DNA of 64,000 nucleotides from the human T2T-CHM13v2.0 reference genome, Homo sapiens, in assembly GCF_009914755.1 (NCBI RefSeq), contig NC_060942.1; one strand, 5' to 3'. Positions 13,646 to 27,150 of the stretch are shown here, piece by piece. The position numbers and the translations under genes are program-made. Under the pieces are notes generated by a model, which was given only the letters and a program-made list of their open reading frames with translations, was not told the origin of the DNA and did not search any database. Position 1 is the first letter of the stretch. Each line of letters begins with the position of its first letter.

Positions 13646-14366
13646 GTCACAAATCAAACCAATTAAAAAAAGTTTCTTCATTTTTGTAAAAGAAAATTTA
13701 TGTTTGTGTGAAAAAGACTTAGAAAATTACCCAGCAGCTGTAATGTTGGACTGTAGCTTTAGAAAGAGAAACTGAGAAACAAACTAGGCAATCATTTGAG
13801 ATCTGGAGCAACTACAAAAAAATTTACATAAAGCTCCAACAAAATGACCAGCCTTAATATGGAAAGAATGTGCAAATAACTAGGGAGGACAGAGCTTCCT
13901 TCTGGTTCCTCTGGGCATATTCACAATTCGTCACATAACTGTCATAAAGAACACAGGTCCAGTAGTCAGAGAAGAGTTTTCTGTTGTTTTGTTTGCTTTA
14001 TTTTCCCCATACTACTATCCATGATATGTTGGGAAGACAATAGGGCTAGGGGTGCATGGCATCTGAAGAAAGGCCTAGTTAGGGTATAATGAAATGGAAA
14101 ATGAAGAAGTGAAACATATGAGGGGGTGAGCAGTACATTCCCAATAGCAAGTTACACCTGATTTATTTATAACAGCAGATGTGATTTTCCCTAAAAATGT
14201 GATAGGACTATTTCAGTCTCCTATGAACAGTTTCCAAGCTTCTGAACAACATTACTTCTGCCTTAATTGTGAAATATATGTGCTTGCAAAGTGTCAGCAT
14301 TATGCAATGGCTGATAATAAGATCCCATTCCAATATGTCAGATTACTAAGTTTAAGCTATGGTATG

Positions 14367-14688
14367 TAACATGGTTTAGCTTTGCGTCCCCACCCAAATC
14401 TGCTCTCCAATTGCAATACCCAAGTATTGAGGGAGGTACCAGGTGGGATGTGATTCGATCATGGGGGTGGTTTCCCCCATGCTGTTCTTACGATAGCAAG
14501 TGAGTTCTCATGAGATCTGAGGGTTTTGTAAATGTCTGGCACTTCTTCCTTCTGCTCTCTCCTCTCTCTTGCCACCTTGTGAAGAAGGTGCCCAGCCATG
14601 CGAAACTGTGAGTTGATTCAATCTCTTTCCCTTATAAATTACCCAGTTTGGGACTGTCTTTATAGCAATGTAAAAAAGGACTAATATG
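14367..14688 (+). mobile_element. THE1/MST (MaLR) solo LTR with internal deletion
   Basis: Starts ATGGTTTAGCTTTGCGTCCCCACCCAAATCT, contains GTGAGTTCTCATGAGATCTGA and TATAAATTACCCAGT, ends GGACTAATA. Confidence 0.9.
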
Positions 14689-16389
14689 GTTTAGCATTGG
14701 GTCTAATATCAGAATAGTATCACAAAAGCCTGACCACAGGTGGCTAGTTCCAATTGTCCATTGGAACTGAGAGAGGAAGGAAAACAGGAAAGGATGAAAA
14801 TTATTTGATTGAGACAATTATACTAAGAGTAGCCAAATAGCAGGGCAATATGCTGAACTCCCCATGCCTTTCGTCCTTTATCTGTGAGGGCTGAGCTACC
14901 CTTGAAGGTGCAGTGAATAAGCTTTCAACAGGTCTTATAATATACACATTTGCAGTTATCTGAATTTGCAAAAGTACTAATTGTATTTAATGTTGCTTCC
15001 AGGTTAATTCTCCAGAAGTTTTATTAGCAGTGTTGTAAATAATAACGAAGGCAGAAAATGTTTGATTTTGAGAAGCACCTTTACTGTTTGTTTTTTGGAA
15101 AACACTCTTTTGTTTCTATTACTAAAATTCTCTTTAAAGATAATTTATTTAAATTCCCATAGAATACAGATATATTCTTAAGCCAAAACATAGGTAGAAT
15201 CTGCTCATATTAAGATCTGCAATTCTCTAGACTCTGAATATTTCCATCAATCGATCACTTTTCAAAAGCTGCACATCCTATTACTTCAGAAACACTTGTT
15301 AGAATGCATTTAATTTTTAGCTAGATAAAAATTGCCTCTCTGAGATATAAAGACCCTGATCCAAGTTATTATTTTTGCAGACATTTAATCTGAATCTGTC
15401 ATTTGTTCCAGACTACAGCTTTGTACAGTATTTGATTAATACTCAGGCAATTCATACCCTGCCAAGTTTAAAAAGACTTTGATGAAGACTTTGATCACAT
15501 CCCCTCTCTATGCTTTCAACATGTATTCCAGTCTTCTTAGTCTCTATTCATATCAAAGTCATGCCATCTCTTGATTATCTTAAGCTTTCCAAACTTATTT
15601 TTTACATTTTGAGGTGCACGGCTGAAGTTGTTTTATGCATTTAGATGCTTTTTTGTCTTTTATTGAAAGTTATGTTGAGCTAACATACGTAGGATAAAGG
15701 CTGAGAGAGATTATCATTTGAGAAAATTAATAGTTTTTTTTAAAGCACATGATTTCTATTGTCTAGAGGCTATAAACTTGCAATTCAGAAAAAATAAAAT
15801 GATAAAACAAAGTTTAAGATGTAGAAATAATAATAAATGCCTAGCATTCCTATGATACAATTCTTAATATTAATAGAAGAAATTCAGTGTAATTTTTCAC
15901 CTCCAGTTTTATGCTTTTTTGAAATCTGAAATTATACCCAAATTGTCCAGAAACACATTTCCCATTATCATATATTGCTTTATAAGCATTGATTTAAATT
16001 TTAATTTTATGCTTTAGATGGTTACAACTTTTATAATTTTCTGAATGTTACCTTTGAGGATTTTTTCACAAAGAGATTCAGGTACATATTATTAGGCTGT
16101 AATATCAAAAGTCTGTATGTCATCTGGGATATGAGGTCCCATTCTCTTAGGGTTCGGTACAGGGTTGAGCCTAGATTCATGCTTAGATGGATGCATCACA
16201 GGCTATGCTTCAACAGGGTAACTCCATCCTCTCTTTTAGTAACATTGAAAGCATAAGAGTAAACTTGAAACTCAGAATAAAATAGAAAGCACCTTTGGTT
16301 TTCGTGATTAAAGGTGCTGACATCATTGCCACGCAAGCTTACTGATGCTTTTCTACACTGTGTCAAGTCTGGCAGTGAGCTTATCAAAG

Positions 16390-17250
16390 ATATTCTTCAT
16401 TTCTATTACAATGGGTTTTATTTCTAGTATTTTATTTTGATTCATTCTTAGATTTTGCATATCTCTACTGACCATACCCATCTGTTTTTAAATGTTGTAT
16501 ATTTTTTTCTATCAAAGACCTTAACATACTGACCATTTTATTTTATTCATCACTTATTTTGTTATTTAATTTTTTGTTTTGTTTTATTTTATTTAGTTTT
16601 AAATTACCTGTTTAATCATTCCAAAATCTGTGTCATACCTGAGTCTGGTTATGATGTTTGCTTTGTGTCTTCACAGTGTTTTTCCTAACTTTTTAACATG
16701 TCTTGTAATGTTTTGTTGAAATCTAGATAAAACATATCTGGTAACTCAGAAGTAAAATCCCCTTCTTTGGGGTTTTATGATCATCTGTCTAGGAGCTGAG
16801 CTGTATTTACTATTTGCTATAGCTGAGGTGCCACAGGCTTCAAATTCCTCTACTGTTTTTATCTCCCTAATTGTTTCTGAGCTTCCCTAATAACTCCTTC
16901 CTAATTAGAATCTGAGTTTTGCATCTCTTTCACTTGTAATTTATGGCCACAGATCCCTGCTAATGTAGTGGTAATGCATGAAGAAGAGAAAGCATTCTAT
17001 AACCTTATGAGTAAAACTCAGTGTTTAGTGGGTTTGTGCACTTGGGCTGACTTTTACAAGTGTTTCATAGTACAAGTTCTTCCCATCTCAGGTGAGACAG
17101 AAAGCCTAGAGGGAGTGAAACTGGGTAAATGCCATACCCTGGAAGTGGGATAAGACTGCAATATAGTCTTTCTCCTGGAAAATGGGTGTCTATTATAGAG
17201 AGTGCTCATGGTGTGTTTCAAAAGAGTTACTTGCCTCATCCTCATGCCAG
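16390..17250 (-). mobile_element. Old L1M 5'-region fragment
   Basis: Antisense sequence resembling L1MC/MD 5' regions (AATCATTCCAAAATCTGTGTCATACCTGAGTCTGGTT). Limits approximate. Confidence 0.6.
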
Positions 17251-18706
17251 GAGGCATGTAGTGTTAAACAATTACACCATTATTAATATCACTCATCATT
17301 TTACAAAAGAGTTTCACAAAGACCACGATACAGGAAATAGTAATAGAAGTGTAATCTTTCTGAAATTTCTCTTGGAGATCTACAAACTACACTTTAGTGA
17401 ATAATCTTTAGACTCTGCACTATGGAAGAGAAGAAAGCTGGTTATACTTTCAAAAGCTGTGTTTATTGACTGCTTATTCTGTGCAGTGAATTTTAAAAAC
17501 CTGTCATCAATCACAGAAATGAGAATTATTACTTCTTCACTGGACTGTTTTTGAATTAGATGGGCTAAAATGCCTAAAACGTATCTTTTGCTTTGTTTGC
17601 CATACTTCCTAACTGTATTTCTACAGCGAGAAGAAAATTTTGATTGATTTTTTAGCACAGATCAGTCTGTGCTATGGCTGGTTTATAATAATGCTGAAAA
17701 GATATCTAAATGAGAACAGCGCTTTATCCACAAAATGTCAACATTTTAGATAAACATTTGTTCATTCTTCCTTAATAGGCGTGTATCTCAAATAAATCAA
17801 AATATCCTGCATTGCTTGCAATATATTTTGTTTCTGCAAATTTTTTATAAAGAAAAAGATGACAGTTTCTTCTATGTAACAATTGAACCTAATTTTAAAA
17901 TGTTATACTTTGTTGGACAGGGATCTCTAGCAGAAATTTGCTATTGTTTTATATTAATTCCTGTGGCCCAGTTGGGAAAATTAATACATTCCAATGAAGC
18001 AGGTATCCCTGGGGTTATATAATGTTAAAAAAGCCTATAAACAATCAATATTATAGCACCGTGCATCACAGCACTGAATCTTTCTTATTTTAATATAGAT
18101 TCAAGAACAGTAAACTATGTAAAATTACAGCATACTTATAAATTCTGATGGGAAAATATCAATAAAATATTTCATTAATTTTAATCATATCTAAAAAATT
18201 ACACGAAGCATAGATTCTAGCACAAAATTCAAGTCCATTCATTTCCTTCAGTTTAAAAGTACATGGCTTCTGTGTTGCTTCTATAAATCAGACTTATGGT
18301 CATTTATTTTATAAGACATTTTAAACTGATCAGTTAACCTCATTTCAATGTATAATAAGGAAAAGAATCTTGCTTACTAATGAAATTAAACAAAAGCATC
18401 AAGTCTATTTTTCATGATATTAGCACATTTTGAAGTCACATTTCTAACCCTAAAAATGAGCTCACATCTGTTGGGAGTAATGATATATTACTATAATTTA
18501 AAAGCATGCTGAGGCAAGAAATCAAAGGAACCCAACAGATTAGGACCAAAGAAGGAATTTCTATGAAAAAATGTTTTGGAAAAAAATTGCTAATATATTT
18601 AAATAATTCATTAATTTTGTAAAAAATAAAATAAGATAGAGTAATAAATAATTAACAACATTATGTACAACTCTCAGAAACTATCTCACTGCAAATATTT
18701 ATAAGC

Positions 18707-19315
18707 TGTGACAATGCTGAAGTTTACTTGAGTTCTGTTCTTTCAGAGAACAATAAAAGTTATAAAACCCACCAATCTATTTTTCCCAAAATCTTCCCAC
18801 ACTTTTGTGCTGGGAAATGGCTCATTGTAAACTACAGCTCTTCCCCATATGGCTTAGAAAAGGCTCCTTGTCCACTCTTCTTCATGCCTCCCATAAGTCT
18901 TGCTGTGGTCTCGCTTGTTTACTGAGGACAAGTCCTCATACATTTCCCCTTTTGCCTGAACCTGCGACAAGGCCAGATACAGACTCCACAACTCTCTATT
19001 CTTTGTCTCATGAGTGATTAACTGAGATTAGAGCTGCTTATTCCCCTGAAGCTGGTGAAGCGTGGAGAAAAACATTTTCTGTTCAGATAATTGACTGAGA
19101 CTCTCCCTGCTTGCAAAGCAATCCAGCTGTTCAATCAACCCATCTGTAGCATGTTTACTACATCTTATAAACACGTGAGGCACAAAAACCCTGCTGAGAC
19201 ACTCTAATCTGCATATCTGGGTGCTCAGCCTATCGCAATAGCCCAAATAACATCTCTCTCTCTCTCTCTGTCTCTCTCTGTCTGTCTCCTTTTAAGTCTC
19301 TAGTAGCTGTTTACA
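18707..19315 (+). mobile_element. MER67-like ERV1 solo LTR
   Basis: TG...CA ends. CTGAAGTTTACTTGAG, CTTCCCCATATGGCTTAGA and GACAAGGCCAGATACAGACTCCA resemble MER67. Confidence 0.65.
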
Positions 19316-22199
19316 CTGTTTATTTTCATTTCTATATTTTACAGATGTTTATCATTATTTATGCAATACATGACTACAGAAACATCGCATATGAGGAATG
19401 CACAAGTTTACAAGTAGAGTGACTCATTTGTAAACCAGACCCTGTACTTAACTCTGACACTAAAAACTATTTATAAGATGATGCCCTAATAATGTTATAA
19501 AATAATAGGAAGACAAATTTTTAAAAGGTTGCTTTAATATTATTGTGTTAAAACTGTGATACAATAATATAAAGTTTCATAATAGGCCACAGAGAAAGAA
19601 TACTTGGCATTTCAGACAACCTCATAAATATGTTCAGATGACCAATGATCTGAGACTTAAAGGAAAGAACTAGTGAGCTTGGTCAAAAGAAAGAATAATA
19701 GAATGCTCTGCTACATGGAGGGACCTACACAAACACAGGAAGTTACCTTGCCTTTGACTCTTTTTTTTTAAGCAATAAAATGTCTAACCTTTATGACCAA
19801 CCCCTAGGAATCCAGGCAGCCAATTTAGCTACTGTTGGACCCTTTATCCAAGAGAAATAAAAAATTTAACACTTAAAACATTTCAATCACAAAGAGGACA
19901 CAAAAACCTACAGGTAAATGCTGGCTTATATAAAGATAAGCTTAATACTGAATAACCTTATAATATGTATTAAAAACTGATAGCCTATACACATATTGGA
20001 GAAAATCATCATTATGTTTGCACTATATTGACTCATTTCATAGACATTTGCAACATTGTTCTAAAAGTTTGTTTCATATATCTTTCTTCCTAGATATATG
20101 ATTTGGGCATTATTGAAATAATCATTGTTCTTAAAATATCTTTGTCTATTTTCTGCTTCTCTTTTCGTATTGTTCTTTTTATACCAGGAGAGCCCTTGCC
20201 TGATTTTCCTGCAGTGAATCTTTATTCCAATGACCTTTCCTTCATTGCAACGAAGTTACCCATGCCTTTAGTGTGCTACTATGAACAAATCTTTATTGGT
20301 GCACTTGTCACATTGGACAGACCTTAATTGTTCTTGTATTTGTATCCCTTCCAGGAAAATAAAATTTCATAAGAGTGGTAGCCATAGCTTGTTTATTTCT
20401 AATTCCTACTTCTTAGCTCAGTGCCTGGAAGATAGCAGACCCTAAAAACAGTATCTTTAGTTAAAAAAAAAAGAGGAACATGAGAGAGGAAAAAAAAGAA
20501 TGAGATACTCAAGTCTGAATAGAATAAAATGATTCAATAGGTAATCAGCATATAACACAAATTGAAGCCTCTTGTTCCTGAATCTCCTAAGCGAGTTTTA
20601 TTTAAGGAGGCAAAAAGGAGCCAGTGGAGTAATTTGAGGAAGGAATATAATATTTTCTGAGTAAAACAAAAATAGCTATGATTAATATTTCCAAACAAAG
20701 ACATTATTGCCATATTTTAAGGCAGTTTATATGACTCTATGTGTTTAGATAAAGGGTTGGGCGGTAAAAAGGGAGAACAATTGAGTTTAGAGATAGAATA
20801 CAATACATTTTAGTACTTGGTTTTATATAGTGAACATAAGACTGGGAAGAATGATAGATGATTCATAGACTCTGAGATTGGGAAGTTATTAAAATTCTTT
20901 GAAAAATTTATTAGAATAAAGAAATATATGGGAATGGAAGGAAAGCTTTTGGTCTTATTTCTACTCAGGTATGTATAGAAAGCTGTGTAACACATGAGGA
21001 TAGAGAGGCAAAAGGGTCAAGTCCAGAAATATAAATCAAAATCATCCTGGTACCTTAGATATTTGAAATCATATGAATAGATGACCAAGAAAAATAAGGG
21101 TACTGTGTTTTAACCTTCAGGCCATTTATTTATTATTGGTTAGCAGGTATTGCACGGGTGTAGAAAAACACACAAGTGATTTCATTAGAGCAAACGATGC
21201 CTTTCCAGGCTTTCAATATGACGGAGATCAGAATGACAAATCGGCATTTAGAAAAGAAGATGGATGGGGCAAGAATGTTTTGAAAATGAAATTTACTCCT
21301 ACATGCTTAAAGGCGATGGAGAATGTAGTGTTTGCAAGACAGTGTTTAATTACCAGAAAAAGGAAAGTAGAGTCGGTGAGGAAAAGTGTCCTTGGTGAGT
21401 ATAACACTTTTTAATAACTGCTATCTTATCTTGAGTGAACTCTTTTAATAGAACAAGTGTCTCATGGAAGAGTAAACTTTTCAAAAAGTAGCATTTAGTG
21501 ACATCTTCCTTGTGTGTTTTAGTACATGTGTTCATTACTTCAGCAATCTTACAGACAAACATATTACACTTCCAGTATTCTGGGAGTAGAAAATAGCAAC
21601 AGGAAACTTTTATTGCAATATTATTGCCATAAAATATTACACGAATTTGGGGAATATATTATTACTGCAGTTTGAGATATAAAAATATTCAATGATTGTG
21701 ACGATGATGAATTTCTCCATGTCTCCATGGTTTGCTAAAGAGAGAGAACAGAATCTTTAATTTTCGATTCAACATTTACCTGTCAGATCTGAATGAGTTT
21801 TGCATATTAAGTGTCTAAGAATCTGTACATGCCTGCTGGCAAGAATTCTTAGAGTATGCACAAGTGGATGCTTTATTTTTGATACAAAAATTTGAATTCA
21901 AAAACTATCATTTCAAATGTGTATTTATTTTTCAGGATTAATTCAGTATTAAAATACATGCCAGACTGTAATTGAGGAATGAGCCTTAGGAAACATTTCT
22001 ATAACAAATCTAGATATTTATATAACTTAACTAATTGTACATAATGAAAGTCAATCAACCACATGATATTTTTGTATTTTAAAAAATTAAACTCATATTA
22101 AAAGTCAAGCCTTCCACTTCCACAGTTTTATATCCCAATATGGTCTGTTTGATTAAGCCTTCTCATAAATAATCTACAATGATAGATTTCCTTTATATG

Positions 22200-22380
22200 A
22201 ATAATCATAGTGTTTAACATTTATTGAAGGTTTGCCATGTATCAATCACCTTCTACAGATTTTAAATTATTTAATTAACTAATCCTCCAAGAGCCTTTTT
22301 AAAAAATTATGATTATCTGTATCTTACATATGGAAAAAAATGGACACAAACAGATTAGTTTGAACAATGTCATAAGTGAC
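22200..22380 (-). mobile_element. MIR relic
   Basis: AACATTTTATTGAAGG...TAATCCTC...TTACATATGGAAAAAAATGGACAC resembles the antisense MIR core. Confidence 0.55.
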
Positions 22381-23852
22381 ATAGATGTGAAAATGCATTC
22401 ACATATGTATACAGATTAAATTTTACAGGTTATAGTCATATTCTAAATATTTCTATAATACTATTTCTTCAAATGAAAGAATGCCACCAAACATAAGTCA
22501 GCTATATTGGTATAAGGGGACAACGGCAATAAAAATCCAGAAACCACAAACAAGTTTGCTAAAGATTACGTTGATTGTTATCCTTACAGTTATTTTAGCA
22601 AAGATATCCTGCTGCATAGATCATATTTATGTGATTATAGCCTAATACTTATATAATAAAAAAAATTCCATAGATCTCCTAAATCACATTGCTACGTTCT
22701 GCTATGGATCTTTAAGTGCCACGTTTACAGTTACCTGAGACTATTTCAACTCTTCCATTCATGAATTAGCAGCTGGTACCCTTTTAACATAGGTATAATC
22801 TGTGTGGCATCTTCTTTGTCCGTTTAGTAAACACTTATTAATTGATTGGTGTTAGAATATGTGCTATATGCTGGAGGTTCAATGGTAATGATGCATAATC
22901 CCGGCAATCTCACAGAAGACTGAAAAAAACAACAGAGAAATCCCTGTGATAATAGATATTGATAGATACTAGGAAAAAGTATAAGGTAACAAGGTGGAAC
23001 AACTAACTAAACCTCTCTTGGATGTGGGAAGATCAAGAAAGTATTTTTTTAAGTTCAAGAGCGTCTAGTTGTTTTTGGTCCTGATGAGGTAGGGGATGGC
23101 CATGGCAGCATCTCCATAAAAAAGATAATCCAAACAGTACCTCTCTGGCTATTATTAGAAAGATCAGTCATGTTAAAGGGGAATTTTTTTTTGAGAGGGT
23201 GAAGTCGTGACTTTATTTTCTTTTTTGAGGAAATAAACAACATTTTTGAATGGAGTGTTTATTTAGTAACAGCAACACATAGTTTCTTAAGAAGAGGATG
23301 AACCGAAACTCCTCCAAGGCAGAATGAAACAACTTTCCATTTTTCTCAGTTTAGACCATAATTTATAATTTTATATTATCCTTTAATAAATGTCAAAATA
23401 CACAAAATACTTGGAGGGAAATATTCACATTATTCTAAAACCAAAATAATTTAAGGTAAAGAGTGGTTTAAGATTAGTATTCTCTACATATCACAGTATA
23501 CCATGATACCTTCCTGCAGCTTATAATTATTACTCAAAAATATTAATATGTTTATGCAAAATGATTGGGAGAGTTTAAATACCTACAGCCTTTGCCAGTT
23601 TTTGACTTCAGGCACAGGTGGAAACCACCATCTCCTTCACAGATCTTCTGTTACAGCATCCGTTAAAAACCACTAGTCCAGATCTCAAATACTGATGACA
23701 GTGCATGTGATGCATGCATGTTCTGCTAAGTTTTGAATGGATAACATATTCTCCAGCAGTGCTCAAGCCTTGGATTATTTGTACCTGACAAAAATAACAT
23801 TTCAATATTCCCTGAAGAGATTTTATACAAAAAGAGTGGAAATGGCTATTTT

Positions 23853-23984
23853 TCATCCTTGCGATAGTTTGCTGAGAATGATGGTTTCCAGCTTCATCCA
23901 TGTCCCTGCAAAGGACATGAATTCATCCTTTTTTATGGCTGCAGAGTATTCCATGGTGTATATGAAGTCAGAAAAAAAAAAAGA
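23853..23984. mobile_element. Mini L1PA insertion: antisense ~110-bp L1 3' fragment plus A-tail, flanked by a TSD
   Basis: Near-consensus L1PA sequence (GATAGTTTGCTGAGAATGATGGTTTCCAGCTTCATCCATGTCCC). Direct repeat AAATGGCTATTTT at 23840-23852 and 23985-23997. Confidence 0.85.
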
Positions 23985-24013
23985 AAATGGCTATTTTGAA
24001 TAGTCAAAGTCCA

Positions 24014-24085
24014 TTTTATTTATTTTTTGAGAGAGGGTCTCATACTGTCGCCCAGTTTGCAGTGCAATGATGCAATCTCGGGTCA
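24014..24085 (-). mobile_element. Alu 3'-terminal fragment (AluJ-like)
   Basis: T tail, then GAGAGAGGGTCTCATACTGTCGCCCAG...GCAATCTCGGGTCA. Confidence 0.85.
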
Positions 24086-24280
24086 TCGTTATTTGGAGGG
24101 TCTCTGATCAGACATTTAAATATCAGACTCAAGAACTGATGTGGAGCATTGATTATATTTAGTTCATATACACGATTTGAATATGTGAGCATTTTCACAC
24201 ACATAGCAAACTATAGCAACATCTTGTAAAAAGTTGTGAAGAGAATGTAACAGTGTATATTCTATTTAAAAAATACTTTG

Positions 24281-24399
24281 GGCTCATGCCTGTAATCCCA
24301 TCACCTTGGAAGGCCCAGACGAGAAGATGACTTGGACCTAGGGGTTTGAGATCAGCCTAGGTGACAAAGTGAGACCCCGTCTCTACAAAATAACAATAA

Positions 24400-24430
<31 letters not shown>

Positions 24431-24507
24431 ATAGCCTGGTGTGGTGGCATGTGTCTGTGGTCCCAGCTACACAGGAAGCTGAGGCAGGAGTATCACTTGA
24501 GCCCAAG
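24281..24507 (+). mobile_element. AluJ lacking its 3' end, with (TAAA)n in the middle A-rich linker
   Basis: GGCTCATGCCTGTAATCCCA...CACTTGAGCCCAAG, then an abrupt end. Confidence 0.9.
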
Positions 24508-25187
24508 TCATGACTTTAAAATGAATACAAAATGAACACATCATGTGAAAATTTGCATTTTGTTTATTAATAGTGCAAGAGCAAGCACAATTTTTTTTAC
24601 TGATCTAAAACAGAACCTTTAAACACCCAAATAAACAGGAGTGCTGAATTTGACATAATTCCAGACACAAACCAATCATAGTGTTTGGAATCATATTTTA
24701 TACAAAACAGAAATTAATTTTATTGCTATCACACAATATCAAGTTGCATTTCTAAGTAAAGGAATAATTGACATCACCATCAGTCTTTCAATAATGATCT
24801 TTTATCTGTAGATTTGCAAAACTGCCCATAAAAGATTCTTATAGAATCAGATAACTGCCAGATGTCTGCTAGACAATGCCCAATATTCCACTGATAGTAC
24901 ACTTAGTCAATATTTGACCATTTCAAAGTTTTCCAGTCTTTTTTTCTAGCAAATGTAATAATTTTTAATATTCATACATATACATATATGCTATTTTCCA
25001 AAATCTGTAAGATAAAATTTATTCACAATACATTTCAAGAGCATGTCCAATGCAATGACTAAAGCAGATGATGGGTTTTACTTAATCCAACAACTCTTAA
25101 CAAATAAGCCTCCACCACTAGCTTTTGCTTAGCTGTGTTTTTCTGTTGGCAACAGGTAAATTTTAACTGCTTCCTGGCTGAATGAAC

Positions 25188-25390
25188 ATCAGACCTAGAA
25201 TCAAATTGTCGCTCTGTAGTTTACCAGTTTATAAACCTTGAGAAATTGATTTAATTTTCTTGAAAATATCAAACTATGACAGTAGTAATATTACTACTTA
25301 TCAAATGGATTTGATATGTTATTTAAATAAAACATTTAAATCACCCTGGACAGGGCAAAGCACTTGTTAACTAAATACTAGAGCTAGAAT
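25188..25390 (+). mobile_element. MIR relic
   Basis: TCAGACCTAGAATCAAAT...CCTTGAGAAATTGATTTAA resembles MIR. Confidence 0.5.
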
Positions 25391-25447
25391 TACTATTCTC
25401 TAGCGAAACGTAGAAAAATGCAATTTATGTATAATATACTGACATTA

Positions 25448-26445
25448 AGGTACACCTTGGAGATATCGCAGGTTCAGTTTCAGACCGCAATAGCAAATAT
25501 TGTGATGAAGAGATCACACGAGGTTTTTTTGTTTTTTGTTTTTTGTTTTTACTTTTGGTTTCCCAGTGACTGTATGAGCTATGTTTCATTGTACTTTAGT
25601 CTATTAAGTGTGCAATAACAGTATGTCTTGAAACAATGCACATACCTTAATTTTAAAATATTGTATTGTTAAATATTCCTGCGATCATCATAGCCTCAGC
25701 AAGTTGTAATCTTCTGGCTGGTGGAGCGTCTTGCCTCAAGATTGATGGCTGCTGACAGATCAGGATGGTGGTTGCTGAAGTCTGGGGTAACTCTGGCAAT
25801 TTCTTAAAATAAGACAGCAGAGAAATTTGCTACATTGGTTGTCTCTTCCTTTCATGGAGGATTTCTCTGCAGCATGCAATGCTGTTAGATATAGCATTTT
25901 ACCCACAGAACTTCCTTCAAAACTTCCTTCAAAACTGAACTTCCTTCAAAATTGGAGTTAATCCTCTCAAACCCTGTCACTGCTTTATCAACAAAGCTTT
26001 GTAATATTCTAAATCCTCTGTTATCATTTCAACAGTGTTTACAGCACCTTCACCAGAAGCAGATTCCATCTCATGAAACCACTTTCTTTGTGCATCCATA
26101 AAAGCAAATAGTCATCTGCTCCCGTTTTATCGTAAGATCTCAGCAATTCAGTCATATTTTCAGGCACGATTTTTAATTCTAGTTCTCCTGCTATTTCCAC
26201 ATCTTCGATTACTTCCACCAGTAAACTTGGGAACTTCTCAAAGTCATCCATGAGGGTTGGAACCCTACTATATCATAATCCTTAATAGGTATGTTCTCCT
26301 TTCTTTTTTGTGTACTCTGAAAACCACAACCACTTCTTCCAAACTCCTGTTAATGTTGATATTTTGACCTTCTCCATTAAATCATGAATGTTCCTGATGG
26401 TATCTAGAATGGCGAATACTTTCCAGAGGTTTTCAATTTAGCTAA
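25448..26445 (-). mobile_element. Tigger1 DNA transposon fragment (3' end, decayed transposase C-terminus)
   Basis: Terminal AGGTACACCTTGGAGATATCGCAGGTTC. ORF 26039-26251 (MDDFE...EIAGELELKIVPENMTELLRSYDKT) resembles the Tigger1 transposase tail. Confidence 0.92.
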
Positions 26446-26769
26446 TTTAGAAGGTAATCATATAATGATATGATAATGCTCATATAATTAATAATTAAAC
26501 ATCTAGCAATATTTTATATGAGACACTTTTTTAAATTCCTGAGCAAACACTCTTTTTAACTTTGAGAATTACACTGTAACTGATACTCCTTCTTGCATTT
26601 TGCAATGGTCTTTGTGCCAAATAAATAAATGAAATGAGCTATTTGATAAATGAATCTGTTTTTATTTTCTTGGAGTTACCTTTCAACTTATTTCAGTGAA
26701 TGTGGGCATTCTCACTCCAATTATAAGAATTTAAGCATCAAAGCTACAGTAGTAAAAAATATAGTATCC

Positions 26770-27150
26770 ATCCGTTCATCCAACCACTGTTCCATTTAGT
26801 TATTCAATCCATCTTTTATCAATTATCTATGATATGGTAAACAAATACTGTTAGCAGGTTATAATATATCATATCAATACCATATATTATGTTATGTTAG
26901 CATCTGGGAATACAAAGATGAATACATTCAGTCCCTATCGTATAGAAAGAAGGTCTGGTTTAGATGCCATCTTCAGAGTACATAAAAGAGACAAAATACA
27001 CATTAACAATTATAATATAGTAGAATATATACATTTGCTGTAGAAATAAATATTAAGTGCTATATAGGAGAGTTGAGGAAGCAAAAATTCTGCAGATGGC
27101 TAAGAAAAGCATGCCAAAGGAGTTTGTATTTTAATTGGACTTTCAATTTT
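26770..27150 (-). mobile_element. L2 relic
   Basis: GCATCTGGGAATACAAAGATGAATACATTCAGTCCCT resembles the antisense L2 3' region. Confidence 0.5.

Noticed and set aside
16288-16318. 9-bp-stem hairpin AGCACCTTT...AAAGGTGCT (and TTCCACTT-C-AAGTGGAA near 12355)
   Set aside because: Too short to exceed chance in 64 kb; no RNA-gene context.
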